From Candidatus Peregrinibacteria bacterium (GTDB lineage: Bacteria; Patescibacteriota; Gracilibacteria; UBA1369): DNA of 64,000 bases. The position numbers and the translations under genes are program-made. The stretch is taken from positions 310-64,309 of the forward strand of contig JAGQLQ010000025.1 in assembly GCA_020429235.1 (NCBI GenBank). The letters are read 5' to 3'. Of the stretch, positions 46,828-56,018 are shown piece by piece (position 1 is the stretch's first letter; each line of letters begins with the position of its first letter). The notes under the pieces are model-generated. The model did no database searches. It was not told the origin of the DNA and saw nothing but the letters and a program-made list of their open reading frames with translations.

Positions 46828-48066
46828 ATGAAGAAGTTTCAAAAGTTTGGAAAATATTTCTTGGTTTTTGCCATCATTTTCTTATTTGGATGGGAGAGTG
46901 CCAGTTACTATATCTTGAAAGGTTCTGCTGAATCGGGAATTGATCAGGAAGAGATTTCACCTGTCGCGGCTTTTTCTTCTTTGATTGCTCCGACTGATGG
47001 CACCAAAGCGGACCTGAAGGTTTTTTGGGATGTGTGGGATCTCCTTGAGGAAAACTATATTGATGACCACGCGCTGGATAAACAACAAATGATTTATGGT
47101 GCCATTCATGGCATGGTTGCCGCGCTCGAGGATCCTTATACGGTCTATATGAATCCGGATGAGACGGTTGAATTTACTCAGAGTCTGGATGGACGCCTGG
47201 AAGGAATCGGTGCTGAATTAACGGTTCGGGAGCAGGCGCTGGTTGTGGTTACTCCTTTGAAAGGGTCGCCAGCTGAAAGTGCCGGGCTTCTTCCTGGAGA
47301 TATTGTGTATAAGATTGATGGAAATCTTACTGGTGAAATGACGCTCTTTGACGCGATTATGAATATTCGCGGGGAACGTGGAACCAAGGTTGTTCTGACT
47401 ATTCTTCGTGATGGTCGTGATGAACCGTTTGATCTTGGGATCATCCGTGACACTATTAATATTGAAAGTGTTTATCTGGAAGAGCCGGAAGAGGGTATTT
47501 TCTGGCTGAGTGTCTATCAGTTTAATGACAACACCACACCTGAATTTGAGGAAAAGATGAACGAAATCCTTTTGAAAGAACCAAAGGGAGTGATTCTGGA
47601 TCTTCGAAATAATGGTGGTGGATATCTGGAGATTGCTGTTGATATTTTGTCTGACTTTTTGGAGGGTGAAATAGAGGCCGTAACGATTAAACGACGTGAT
47701 TCTGGTGATGATGAAACGCTCTATGTTGATGGGGCTCCGCGGTTGCCGCATGTTCCGATGGTGGTTTTGATTAATGATGGATCGGCTTCTGCTTCAGAGA
47801 TTGTGGCTGGTGCGATCCAGGACTATAAGCGTGGTATTGTGCTTGGGCAAACCTCTTTTGGAAAAGGAAGTGTTCAGGAGGTTGACCAGTTGAGCGATGG
47901 ATCGAGTATTCGCCTGACGATTGCGCGATGGTTTACTCCAAATGGAACAAATATCGATGATGTTGGTATTACTCCGGATATTGAGGTCGCCATGACCGAT
48001 GAGGATTATGAACAGGACCGTGATCCTCAGCTTGATGCAGCTATTGAATATCTGAAGAATCTTTAA
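46828..48066 (+). CDS. ctpA: Carboxyl-terminal processing protease (peptidase S41) with PDZ domain
   Basis: N-terminal anchor, PDZ domain (GAELTV...GSPAESAGLLPGDIVYKIDG), then LDLRNNGGGYL and GSASASEIVAGAIQD (catalytic Ser region). Confidence 0.9.
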   Translation: MKKFQKFGKYFLVFAIIFLFGWESASYYILKGSAESGIDQEEISPVAAFSSLIAPTDGTKADLKVFWDVWDLLEENYIDDHALDKQQMIYGAIHGMVAALEDPYTVYMNPDETVEFTQSLDGRLEGIGAELTVREQALVVVTPLKGSPAESAGLLPGDIVYKIDGNLTGEMTLFDAIMNIRGERGTKVVLTILRDGRDEPFDLGIIRDTINIESVYLEEPEEGIFWLSVYQFNDNTTPEFEEKMNEILLKEPKGVILDLRNNGGGYLEIAVDILSDFLEGEIEAVTIKRRDSGDDETLYVDGAPRLPHVPMVVLINDGSASASEIVAGAIQDYKRGIVLGQTSFGKGSVQEVDQLSDGSSIRLTIARWFTPNGTNIDDVGITPDIEVAMTDEDYEQDRDPQLDAAIEYLKNL

Positions 48067-48410
48067 GCTTCGAATTCTGATAAAGATGGATCTGCGGCAT
48101 CGCAGAGTTTGTAACCATATCCGCGAATGGTTTGGAAGATTTGCCGTGAATTTTCGGTATCGATTTTCTTGCGGAGTGCGGCGATGTGAACTTCCAAGGT
48201 GTTCGTTTTAATGCTGGTGGTGTAATCCCAGACGTATTCCAAAATGGTTAGTCGGTTGAGTACTCTATCTTTATTTCTGGCCAGGAATTCCAAAAGTTCA
48301 TACTCTTTTTTGCGGAGGTCAATCGGTTGACCATTTCTGGTGACCTCTCGCGTATTGGTATTAATCTCAAGATTTGCAAACTCAAGGGTGAGTTGGTGTT
48401 TGTTCTTCAT
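48063..48410 (-). CDS. Stand-alone OmpR/PhoB-type winged-helix DNA-binding protein with no receiver domain
   Basis: The 115 aa correspond only to the Trans_reg_C domain (LTLEFANLEINTNTREVTRNGQPIDLRKKEYELLEFL...LEVHIAALRKKID...IFQTIRGYGYKL). Confidence 0.8.
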   Translation of the reverse strand: MKNKHQLTLEFANLEINTNTREVTRNGQPIDLRKKEYELLEFLARNKDRVLNRLTILEYVWDYTTSIKTNTLEVHIAALRKKIDTENSRQIFQTIRGYGYKLCDAADPSLSEFEA

Positions 48411-48534
48411 GTTTTAGGAGTTATGTTTCGACGATGTTATAGAGGAACTCCAATGAAGATTTCTTTAACTGATTCTAAATTTACCGCTTCTGTAAGCCGT
48501 ATAATATAATACCTTGTAATATAAAAAGGTGGTC

Positions 48535-48563
48535 TTGTGGCCTGGAGTGAAATTTTGTATAGT
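48535..48563 (+). promoter_or_regulatory. Possible promoter for tRNA-Ser(UGA): TTGTGG -35, 17-nt spacer, TATAGT -10
   Basis: Read directly: TTGTGG at 48535-48540 and TATAGT at 48558-48563, about 50 nt upstream of the mature tRNA 5' end. Confidence 0.35.
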
Positions 48564-48612
48564 ACTGGGGCTCGCAAAGGCCTATAGGTCATGGCTGAGC
48601 AGGAACATATAT

Positions 48613-48702
48613 GGAGAGGTGGCTGAGTGGTCGAAAGCGGCGGTCTTGAAAACCGTTAGGGGTGCAAGCTCCTCGGGGGTTCGAATCCCTCTCTCTCCGC
48701 CA
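48613..48702 (+). tRNA. tRNA-Ser (anticodon UGA), CCA encoded
   Basis: Folded by hand. The acceptor stem is GGAGAGG/TCTCTCC, the anticodon loop is CT-TGA-AA, the variable arm is long and the T-loop is GGTTCGAATCC. The 3' end reads G-CCA. Confidence 0.9.
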
Positions 48703-48720
48703 TTATAGGATTCTACTGAA

Positions 48721-48744
48721 GGCTCACACGTGTGAGCTTTTATT
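48721..48744 (+). terminator. Intrinsic terminator after tRNA-Ser: palindrome GGCTCACACGTGTGAGC followed by TTTTATT
   Basis: GC-rich inverted repeat followed by a T-tract on the + strand. It overlaps the stop codon (48740-48742) of the convergent 1151-aa gene. Confidence 0.7.
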
Positions 48745-51700
48745 GTGTGATCTCTTTTGCTGAAAAGACCCATCGCTGCGTGATGTTCAGATCACAGGTG
48801 AAAAGGACGAGGTCGCTGGTATTGTTTTTGAGATTGTCGATATTCTCTTCCGGTACTTTTTCTTTGTTTGTAATTTCGTATGTGTGGACGGTCCGGGCTA
48901 TGGTCAATTCTACCCTGTCTCCAACATTGAGATCGTTAATAAATGGACGGAAGATTGTTCCAAAGGTGTTTGGATCCCAAATATATTTTGATGAATGTCC
49001 AAAGATAACCAATTGGCCATTCTTTTCCGGAAGGGGATTTTCGTAGAAACCGGTGCTATCAATAATGTCTCTGAGCCAGATAGCGGTTGTACTGAGCACT
49101 GTTCTCTGGACTGGAATGTTGTTTATATTCAACTTTGGAATAGTTAATTCAATGGTGTCGAGAAAGGCTTCATGATCGTGATCGACAAACATGATTGCAC
49201 GATAGATTAGTGCGAAGAGTTGGCCTCGTGTGATTGGCTGATCGTAAAGCTCATTACTGTTCAGTTCCGGAGGGATGATGTTTCTTTTGCGGAGTTCGTG
49301 AGCGTATTTTTCTGCCCAATGTTGTTCGGTTTGCTCCTGTTCTGAAACAGAAAATTTCAGTATTTGGCTTACCATTTTGAAAGCCTGCCCAAAAGTTACA
49401 TCGTCATTTGGTCCAAAATTGCCGTTTTCATAGCCGCTAATGAGATCAAAATAGAGCGCTGTATTGAGGTATGGCTGATACCAGGCTCCCTCTTCTGTAT
49501 CTGGGAAAATTGCGCGTTTATCTTCGAAAATAGTGGCTTCTGTGGTGTAGAGAATGAGTTTTAGTGCTTCCACACGAGATATATGACGTTCCAACTGAAC
49601 AGTCCCATCCTGATATCCTTCAACAACTCCCTGCAGATAAAGAACCACTGTTGGTTCAAAATAGAGATGGTTTATGCCCAGATCACTGAATGGAGATGTT
49701 GCTCCGTATACTCGTGCCAAAGCGGATGAGATGGTGGCGTCGACGCCAGTTCGTGGCCAAACCTGAGTATGAACCAGGTCGTCTTTTACGCGGATAAGTT
49801 GTCGTGTTGGAGCTTCCGCTATTTTTTCAATCGCGGCCTGGATTGATTCTTCAGGATCTTGTGGAGTTTCTTCCGGGCTCTCTTCCGGGTTTTCTGTTTC
49901 TGGATCTTCTTGTGGATCTTCCGATGGATCTGGTATCTGGAGTGGGGTGGATCGACCTCCTGCTCCTCCACCGCCGGATGAGACTGTTGAAGCACTATCG
50001 TTGATGGTTATTTGATAGTCTTCCACTTCTCCTATTCCTCCATCGCCACTTGATCCCAGTCCTGCTGTTGGAGTGAGCCGGAACCGGGCATATGTGGTTC
50101 CTGCTGATCCTGGTGGAGGTGATATATAAATGCTTATTGTTCCAGATGCGTTGGCTGCAACGTCGGTGGCAACCTGTTCTCCAGCTTCGAATGTTCCATT
50201 GCTGTTGTAGTCGACCCAGGCCTGAAGATACGCGTTTCCTCCTGTGGTATTTAGGATCTGAATATCTGCAGTTCCGCTATTTGATTCAGTGAGGGTTGAA
50301 AAAGTTACTCCGTCTTCGTCGTCTGGAGTTGTTCCGTTAAGGTCGTCCCCGTCGGCTGATGCTGTTGGTTGCCCATCCAGTTCATCATCGACAGCTGTTC
50401 CCATGAAAAGGTCTGCATCGATCGTGTGAAATGCACCTGTTGATGCCGCGAGTGTGGCATATGAGTCTGGAGCGTCGCCGTAGTCGTAGACTGCTAATGT
50501 TGAGTTTTCAAATGCTCCGATTTCGCAGTCAGTCATTCCCGGGCGGGGATAGTCTCTTTGATCCTGGAGTGTAATACCCGCGAATTCGGCAAGGATATTT
50601 GTTCCAAATGGATGTGCCGTGGTGTCGACTACACTTCCTCCTGGTCCATAGTTGGCGGCAGTAAATGTGTCCGTGCATGTTGCAGATGGAATTGCTTCCC
50701 ATACATTGGTTGATGCCACTGTGACTTCATGTGTTTGAGGCTTTGTTGTTGGAGAATCAGGACCATCATTGTCTGCCAGAGCCTGAAGATCTGCTGTTTC
50801 CGGTGAGGCTGATGTTCCAATAATGTCTGATCCATCCGGCGTAAAAAATGCTGAACATCCATCGTTTACACCAATAAGATTGTATCCTCCTGATGTAATG
50901 GTTGGGCTATCAAACGTAAAGCAGTCGTCGTTGTCTCCTGTTGTATTGTTTTCTGCCAGAATTGTTCCAATAAGATGCATATTACCGTTATTCGAAAAAT
51001 GGAGCCCTGCTCCCCGGGTCTGATTTGTAACGGTATTGGCAGTGATGGTGCTGTGGATGAAATAGACAAATCCTGTTCCAACGAGATTAAAGGCTCCACC
51101 TTCCGATCCGGCATGGTTTCCACTGAGTGTTGAATTGATGATTACTGTATTGCTACCACCTATTTTTATTCCTCCTCCACTGGTATCAGCGGTATTTCCA
51201 CTGATTTCTGTACCATCTATGTAAATTGAATCTGAGTCTGTTAGGATCCCTCCTCCTTCGGCTGGCGCAAAATTATTGATGATTCGGCTATCGACCAATA
51301 TAAATTCGCTGTTTGTCTGGGTATCAGAAAAAATCCCTCCTCCTTGGGCAAAATCGGAGTTGCTTGTGTCAGTCAGATTGTTACTTATTGTGCTGTTTCG
51401 TATTTCCAGGAGCACTGCATCTGAATAAATTCCCCCTCCGCTCTGGCTTGCTGTTGTGTTCCCGTCAATAATGGAATTAGTGATGGTAACCTCTGATCCG
51501 GTTCCGATATACATTCCTCCTCCTCTTCCATTAAACAATGACTGGCCATCTATGATTTGTGTATTATTGATTGTGGCTGTGGAAGTTGTTCCGATATAGA
51601 GATTTCCTCCACCTGCTGAGTTTCCGCTATTTAAAATGACGTCATCCAAGGTTATATCTCCCCCATCCTGGCTGTAAATTAAACCTCCTTCTCCAGCGTT

Positions 51701-52195
51701 GTAACCATAGGATCCAAATGCTACTGTTGCATCACCATTAGCCAGTGTGGCTCCTGAAAGGTTGAAGGTTATTCCTGTCCCGGTATACTCTTTTCCCAAG
51801 AAAAAAATCTGAGCTTCCTCATTTCCATCAATAGTGAGGCTCCCTGAACCTGGACCGGTGATGGTGACATCATTATCTATGATGAGTGGATGCGCTGTTC
51901 CTCCACCTGCGTCCCATGTAAGTGTGTAGGTTTGTGGGAAGGTTCCCATAAACTGGATTTCGTCGGCAGTTCCATATGTTCCGGTTGCCGTACAATCTCC
52001 AGCGATGTCTGCTCCATCGTTTATAGCCTGAATAGCTTCGCGAAGATTACATGTTCCGGATGTGTTTCCTGACTCCGCTCCATCTGTGTATTCATTAACA
52101 GTGAGCGTTGCCGCTGATGCTGGTGAAACAATAGATATGCTTAAAAGCAGACCGAGTGAAACAATCAAAATTTGAGGGATGCGGAGCTGTTTCAT
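48740..52195 (-). CDS. Secreted 1151-aa multidomain protein: signal peptide, CSLREA-type N-terminus, right-handed beta-helix repeats, GEVED domain, acidic Pro-rich linker, SLH-like repeats and a C-terminal sortase domain
   Basis: Signal peptide ...SIVSPASA. GTCNLREAIQAIN is CSLREA-like. There are many GGG(I/M)(Y/F)-type beta-helix repeats. The GEVED domain runs YDYGDAPDSY...DEDGV...AWVDYNSNGTF...YARFRL...GIGEVEDYQI. SLH-like segments include LQGVVEGYQDGTVQLERHISRVEALKLIL and FPDTEEGAWYQPYL...ISGYENGNFGPNDDVTFGQAFKMV. The sortase motifs are listed in the next feature. Confidence 0.9.
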   Translation of the reverse strand: MKQLRIPQILIVSLGLLLSISIVSPASAATLTVNEYTDGAESGNTSGTCNLREAIQAINDGADIAGDCTATGTYGTADEIQFMGTFPQTYTLTWDAGGGTAHPLIIDNDVTITGPGSGSLTIDGNEEAQIFFLGKEYTGTGITFNLSGATLANGDATVAFGSYGYNAGEGGLIYSQDGGDITLDDVILNSGNSAGGGNLYIGTTSTATINNTQIIDGQSLFNGRGGGMYIGTGSEVTITNSIIDGNTTASQSGGGIYSDAVLLEIRNSTISNNLTDTSNSDFAQGGGIFSDTQTNSEFILVDSRIINNFAPAEGGGILTDSDSIYIDGTEISGNTADTSGGGIKIGGSNTVIINSTLSGNHAGSEGGAFNLVGTGFVYFIHSTITANTVTNQTRGAGLHFSNNGNMHLIGTILAENNTTGDNDDCFTFDSPTITSGGYNLIGVNDGCSAFFTPDGSDIIGTSASPETADLQALADNDGPDSPTTKPQTHEVTVASTNVWEAIPSATCTDTFTAANYGPGGSVVDTTAHPFGTNILAEFAGITLQDQRDYPRPGMTDCEIGAFENSTLAVYDYGDAPDSYATLAASTGAFHTIDADLFMGTAVDDELDGQPTASADGDDLNGTTPDDEDGVTFSTLTESNSGTADIQILNTTGGNAYLQAWVDYNSNGTFEAGEQVATDVAANASGTISIYISPPPGSAGTTYARFRLTPTAGLGSSGDGGIGEVEDYQITINDSASTVSSGGGGAGGRSTPLQIPDPSEDPQEDPETENPEESPEETPQDPEESIQAAIEKIAEAPTRQLIRVKDDLVHTQVWPRTGVDATISSALARVYGATSPFSDLGINHLYFEPTVVLYLQGVVEGYQDGTVQLERHISRVEALKLILYTTEATIFEDKRAIFPDTEEGAWYQPYLNTALYFDLISGYENGNFGPNDDVTFGQAFKMVSQILKFSVSEQEQTEQHWAEKYAHELRKRNIIPPELNSNELYDQPITRGQLFALIYRAIMFVDHDHEAFLDTIELTIPKLNINNIPVQRTVLSTTAIWLRDIIDSTGFYENPLPEKNGQLVIFGHSSKYIWDPNTFGTIFRPFINDLNVGDRVELTIARTVHTYEITNKEKVPEENIDNLKNNTSDLVLFTCDLNITQRWVFSAKEITQ
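48743..49150 (-). other. Sortase catalytic domain (C-terminal ~135 aa of the 1151-aa protein)
   Basis: LTIPKLNINNIPV is the beta1 'IP.l.i..pv' element. LVIFGHSS carries the catalytic His (codon 48995-48997). F..F...L.VGDRVEL....VHTYEIT follows. LVLFTCD is a TLxTC-like motif (Cys codon 48794-48796), and the Arg lies in QRWVFSAKEI. Confidence 0.8.
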
Positions 52196-52353
52196 GCGGT
52201 GCTTCTAATATTTAAGCCTTTTAGTACTTTAATATAGACGCTGTCTTCTGTAAAGTTATGGTCATATTCATGACAATTCTTATACATTCTTTACAAAATA
52301 TATATTTTTATGTATTGATATATATCTTTAGAAACTTTTCCCGAACTTAAAAA

Positions 52354-52632
52354 ATGGATTTTTCACCAGAAAAACGAGAGACTTCACCAGAAACGGGTTC
52401 TCAGAGGATTGAGAAACATATTGCTGCTATTGAGAAGAGAATAGAAAGCATCCGTATGAAACTGGCTGGATTAGAGGCTGGTGATAAATATGTTATTCAT
52501 TCATTGGGCATGACAAAAGATGAAAAACCTTCTCTATTTCTGCCATTGGATGAAGCTGCTTTAGTTGAAGCTTTGGAGATTTCGAACCGAATGCTTAAGC
52601 GATTCAAAAAAAAGCGTGCTGAATATTCCTAA
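52354..52632 (+). CDS. Hypothetical small protein
   Basis: 92-aa ORF after an AT-rich divergent intergenic region. No motif recognised. Confidence 0.45.
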   Translation: MDFSPEKRETSPETGSQRIEKHIAAIEKRIESIRMKLAGLEAGDKYVIHSLGMTKDEKPSLFLPLDEAALVEALEISNRMLKRFKKKRAEYS

Positions 52633-52714
52633 AGAATTTTCCAGTCCAGACGAGTTTATTGACGCTAGCGTACGGCTGCGCTATTTTGACTTCTCAACAT
52701 AATAACGCGTTTGC

Positions 52715-53188
52715 ATGAACTCTCTGCATAATGATCAGTACCAACAGTTTGTAGATGAACTGGTGGAATTGGGGACGAACGACAAAATAACGATTGACCA
52801 GAGTGAACGTTTGGCTCGATTGGCCCGGCTTTCGCTTCTTGAGGCACAGCAGGCACTGGATTTAACTTTTTATATTAATCGACGGGTTGAGGAGCTTTTG
52901 GAGAGACAGGAGATTACAGAAAAAACGGGGGATAAACTTATGGGATCTGAGCCAATCAGTGCCATGTATGAACTTTTTATTTGTGAGGGTATTGGACGGA
53001 AGATTCGTGAGCTTCTTGGCGCTCGGATCATTACTGAAGGTGATGTGAATATGGTATTAGACATACCGAATGTGAAAGAGGCGCGGCGTGCGCTTTTTGA
53101 GCTGGATGGTGTGGCTGATTTTTATCGGACAAAATATGCGGTGGATGGTGGAGAGATGCTTCCAGCCACTGGAACTGATGGCGAATAA
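52715..53188 (+). CDS. Hypothetical protein
   Basis: 157-aa ORF followed by a strong terminator. No motif recognised. Confidence 0.5.
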   Translation: MNSLHNDQYQQFVDELVELGTNDKITIDQSERLARLARLSLLEAQQALDLTFYINRRVEELLERQEITEKTGDKLMGSEPISAMYELFICEGIGRKIRELLGARIITEGDVNMVLDIPNVKEARRALFELDGVADFYRTKYAVDGGEMLPATGTDGE

Positions 53189-53229
53189 AAAAAGCCCCGC
53201 CTTTCTTAGTTGAAGTGGCGGGGCTTTTT
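53187..53229. terminator. Bidirectional intrinsic terminator (A-tract, GCCCCGCC ... GGCGGGGC stem, T-tract)
   Basis: AAAAAAAGCCCCGCCtttcttagttgaagtGGCGGGGCTTTTT lies between convergent genes. Confidence 0.85.
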
Positions 53230-53238
53230 GCTTTGTTC

Positions 53239-55911
53239 CTATAATGGAATTGGTTGATCAAAGTTGCCGCCGTCGTAGTTGCCGGCGAGTTCAATGAAGT
53301 TCAATTCTGTCAGATTGTCCAGGAGGTTGGCCTTAATACCCCATTGTGAGATGGAATAGAGGTTTTCTCCAATATAGACGAGTCGATCAATAGCTTTTTG
53401 GTAATCTACCCATCCGGTTTCAGAGAGATCCAAAAGGTCCTCTTCATCGTGATGATTGATCTTTCCTTTTAAGGTGAATCCGTCTTCCAGGTTGAGGTTG
53501 TAGACGTAGGCTCCTTCAAAAGTTTTTTGTCCGTACTTCAACTCTTGTGGGACGCAACTGCTTGGCCCGTCACAGTCGGCTGTACAAACGAGGATGCCGT
53601 TATCAAAGTTACAGACTGACGGCTCACAGATCCGGCGGCAGTCACTTGGACAGCTTGAATAGGTGTAATCCTGACAGCTGCTTTCGTCCTGGTATTCATA
53701 GACTGAAATTGGGAATGCCAGCAGCTCTTTTTCTTTGTCAAAGAGAAGGGCTTTGTGATTGTAGAGGAGTTGACTATCGGTGCCCTGATCTCCAATTACT
53801 TCGCTGTAGAGCTCTTTTGGATTATTCACGTCAGTAACATCGAAGAGTCCGATTTTGAGTCCCTGAACCTGATTCCAGAGGACAAAATCGTCATCATCGA
53901 CTTCTGAATCTCCAGGATCTACATCTTTTCCGAATCCGATTAAATGGTTTTCATCGAATGGGTGAAGGTAGTTGCTGAATCCTGGAATTTTGAGTTCTCC
54001 AAGGATTTTTGGATTAGATGGATCTTCAAGTCCGATGACAAAGAGCGGATCGACACGTAGGAAAGTGACCATGTATGCACGGTTTCCAGCAAATCGAACA
54101 GAGAAAATGCTTTCTCCTTTGGCAATGTTTTCCAGTGATCCTACCAGATTCATGTTTTGATCCAGAACATAGAGATTGTTGCTCGCGCCATCTTCCCAGT
54201 TATCTGTAGTGGTTGCGATGCGGAAGTTATTTGCATACTCATCCATGCTGAACTGGTTGAGTACATGCCCTGGAACGTTCCCTCTATTCGCGTATTCAAT
54301 ATTATTGATGCCAAGGGCGAAGCGGTAGATTGCGGTTGTTGTTTCATTTACTGGACGCTCCCATCCTCCGCTCCAGTCGGTTGCTGTAACGTACATGTTT
54401 TTTCGCGATGCATAAACGTTGTCGGCGCTTCCAATAAGAACGTTTCGGGCAATTTTTGTGTCGGTGTCGGTGAGTGGAATTGCCGCTGTAATAAGGAAGT
54501 TATTACGCTCATCTTTTGGGAAAATCTTAATGTCTCCACATGGAGCAACCAGTTCTTCCACATCTTGCGCTGAGTCGATCATGTGAGGAATGATCATGTC
54601 TGAATCATACTGACCCGGATTTTCATAGAAATCATATGGGTAGTATGCGTATTGGTTGATGACGGTGTAGAGGGTGTCTCCAACTTTTCTTGATGTTGAA
54701 TAGCTTCCGTCAAAATCAACTTTTCGGCTTACTTTTGGAGCGTTTCGGTCTGTTATATCCAAAACGTATACACGGGTTCTGTTCTGATAGTAGTACGGCG
54801 CGATCATCTTTGATGTTTCTGGAATCTCTTCAGTTATTGTTGGCTCTTCATAGCGCCAGGTTGACCCAATAACAACCAAGGTATCTCCATCAACATACAT
54901 TTCTGATGGCCAGAAATCTTCACCCTCGTCACCAAGAGTCAGTGAAACAAGCTCCTCCATCTGGTCGGTTGGATAAGCATCTATAATCCGGATTGTTCCG
55001 TTCTTGATGAGATAGATGTATTTCCCGTCGTTCTTTACAATGTCGGCTTCGTCAACGCCCGCAACCTGAACATTGGTGCTTGAGTAGTCGTCGGCAGCTT
55101 TTGTTTCTGAAGACTGATTGGCGGCGCTATCTGTTGGGGCTGTAGCTGGCGGCGCTGGTGTTGCTCCGGCTTCTCCTTCAGCAGCATCCATCATAACGGC
55201 ATCTTCTTCTACTGCTCCAAGCCCGCCACCAAGACCATAGTTATAGTAGACGTTGTTAGCCTGGATTCTTTCTACAATCGCTTCACATGAATCAACGGTT
55301 ACAAATTTATCGGCATTAATTTCGTCATACGTACGGCTGGCTTTGTTTTCTACATCGGCCTTGAGGCGATAAATCATTTCTGCCATTTCATCACGGGTGA
55401 CTTTTTCGTCAAAAAAGTTTACTGAAAATGGGATGGCTTTTTCTTCTGCCAGGGCATCAACATACTCTTTGAACCATCGCTCTCCTGCTTCATCCTGTGC
55501 GTCTTTTTCATAGGCGTTTGAAATGATCTTTGCCGCCTCTGAAAAGTTAATGTTGTCGGCTGGCTTGAATGATCCATCCGGGTATCCATCAACAATTCCC
55601 ATTTCATTGGCCTGGCACACATATTTGGCAAACCATTGATCCTGTACATCGATGAAACAGTTTGATCCTTGTGGATTTTCAACAATCGCTCCGACAATAA
55701 TTTTGGTGAATTCGGCGCGATTAATGTTGATAGATGGCTTGTATTGACCATCCGGATAACCTTCAATAATGCCTTCGTCTTTGAGGTAGTCGATGGCATC
55801 GTAGTTGACGTGTGATGACCAAACGTCGGGGAATGTTTGCGTTTGTGCGCTTGCTGTAGGGATAATTCCCAAGAGCAGGGCAAAAAGTGTAAAAATGGAT
55901 AAACGTTTCAT
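53239..55911 (-). CDS. Secreted 890-aa protein: signal peptide, SLH domains (N-terminal), C-terminal 'beta-propeller domain' family (COG4880-like)
   Basis: Signal peptide ...IIPTASA. SLH signatures are FPDVWSSHVNYDAIDYLKDEGIIEGYPDGQYKPSININRAEFTKII and FIDVQDQWFAKYVCQANEMGIVDGYPDGSFKPADNINFSEAAKII. STNVQVAGVDEADIVKNDGKYIYLI is the characteristic start of the secreted beta-propeller family. A Cys-rich insert lies near the C-terminus. Confidence 0.8.
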   Translation of the reverse strand: MKRLSIFTLFALLLGIIPTASAQTQTFPDVWSSHVNYDAIDYLKDEGIIEGYPDGQYKPSININRAEFTKIIVGAIVENPQGSNCFIDVQDQWFAKYVCQANEMGIVDGYPDGSFKPADNINFSEAAKIISNAYEKDAQDEAGERWFKEYVDALAEEKAIPFSVNFFDEKVTRDEMAEMIYRLKADVENKASRTYDEINADKFVTVDSCEAIVERIQANNVYYNYGLGGGLGAVEEDAVMMDAAEGEAGATPAPPATAPTDSAANQSSETKAADDYSSTNVQVAGVDEADIVKNDGKYIYLIKNGTIRIIDAYPTDQMEELVSLTLGDEGEDFWPSEMYVDGDTLVVIGSTWRYEEPTITEEIPETSKMIAPYYYQNRTRVYVLDITDRNAPKVSRKVDFDGSYSTSRKVGDTLYTVINQYAYYPYDFYENPGQYDSDMIIPHMIDSAQDVEELVAPCGDIKIFPKDERNNFLITAAIPLTDTDTKIARNVLIGSADNVYASRKNMYVTATDWSGGWERPVNETTTAIYRFALGINNIEYANRGNVPGHVLNQFSMDEYANNFRIATTTDNWEDGASNNLYVLDQNMNLVGSLENIAKGESIFSVRFAGNRAYMVTFLRVDPLFVIGLEDPSNPKILGELKIPGFSNYLHPFDENHLIGFGKDVDPGDSEVDDDDFVLWNQVQGLKIGLFDVTDVNNPKELYSEVIGDQGTDSQLLYNHKALLFDKEKELLAFPISVYEYQDESSCQDYTYSSCPSDCRRICEPSVCNFDNGILVCTADCDGPSSCVPQELKYGQKTFEGAYVYNLNLEDGFTLKGKINHHDEEDLLDLSETGWVDYQKAIDRLVYIGENLYSISQWGIKANLLDNLTELNFIELAGNYDGGNFDQPIPL

Positions 55912-56018
55912 AGGTGGCCGTTAAGAAATACGTTTTCTGTTGAAGTATAACGCATGTATGGGGTGATATTACATTTTAGTAATTGCCATATTTTTTTCTG
56001 AGTTTATAATTATCAGTA

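Noticed and set aside
48582-48773. 63-aa minus-strand ORF overlapping tRNA-Ser(UGA). Likewise ORFs 57224-57457 and 56978-57202 overlap the tRNA-Ser/Cys region and its leader.
   Set aside because: They overlap well-folded tRNA genes or terminators, so they are artefacts of ORF calling.
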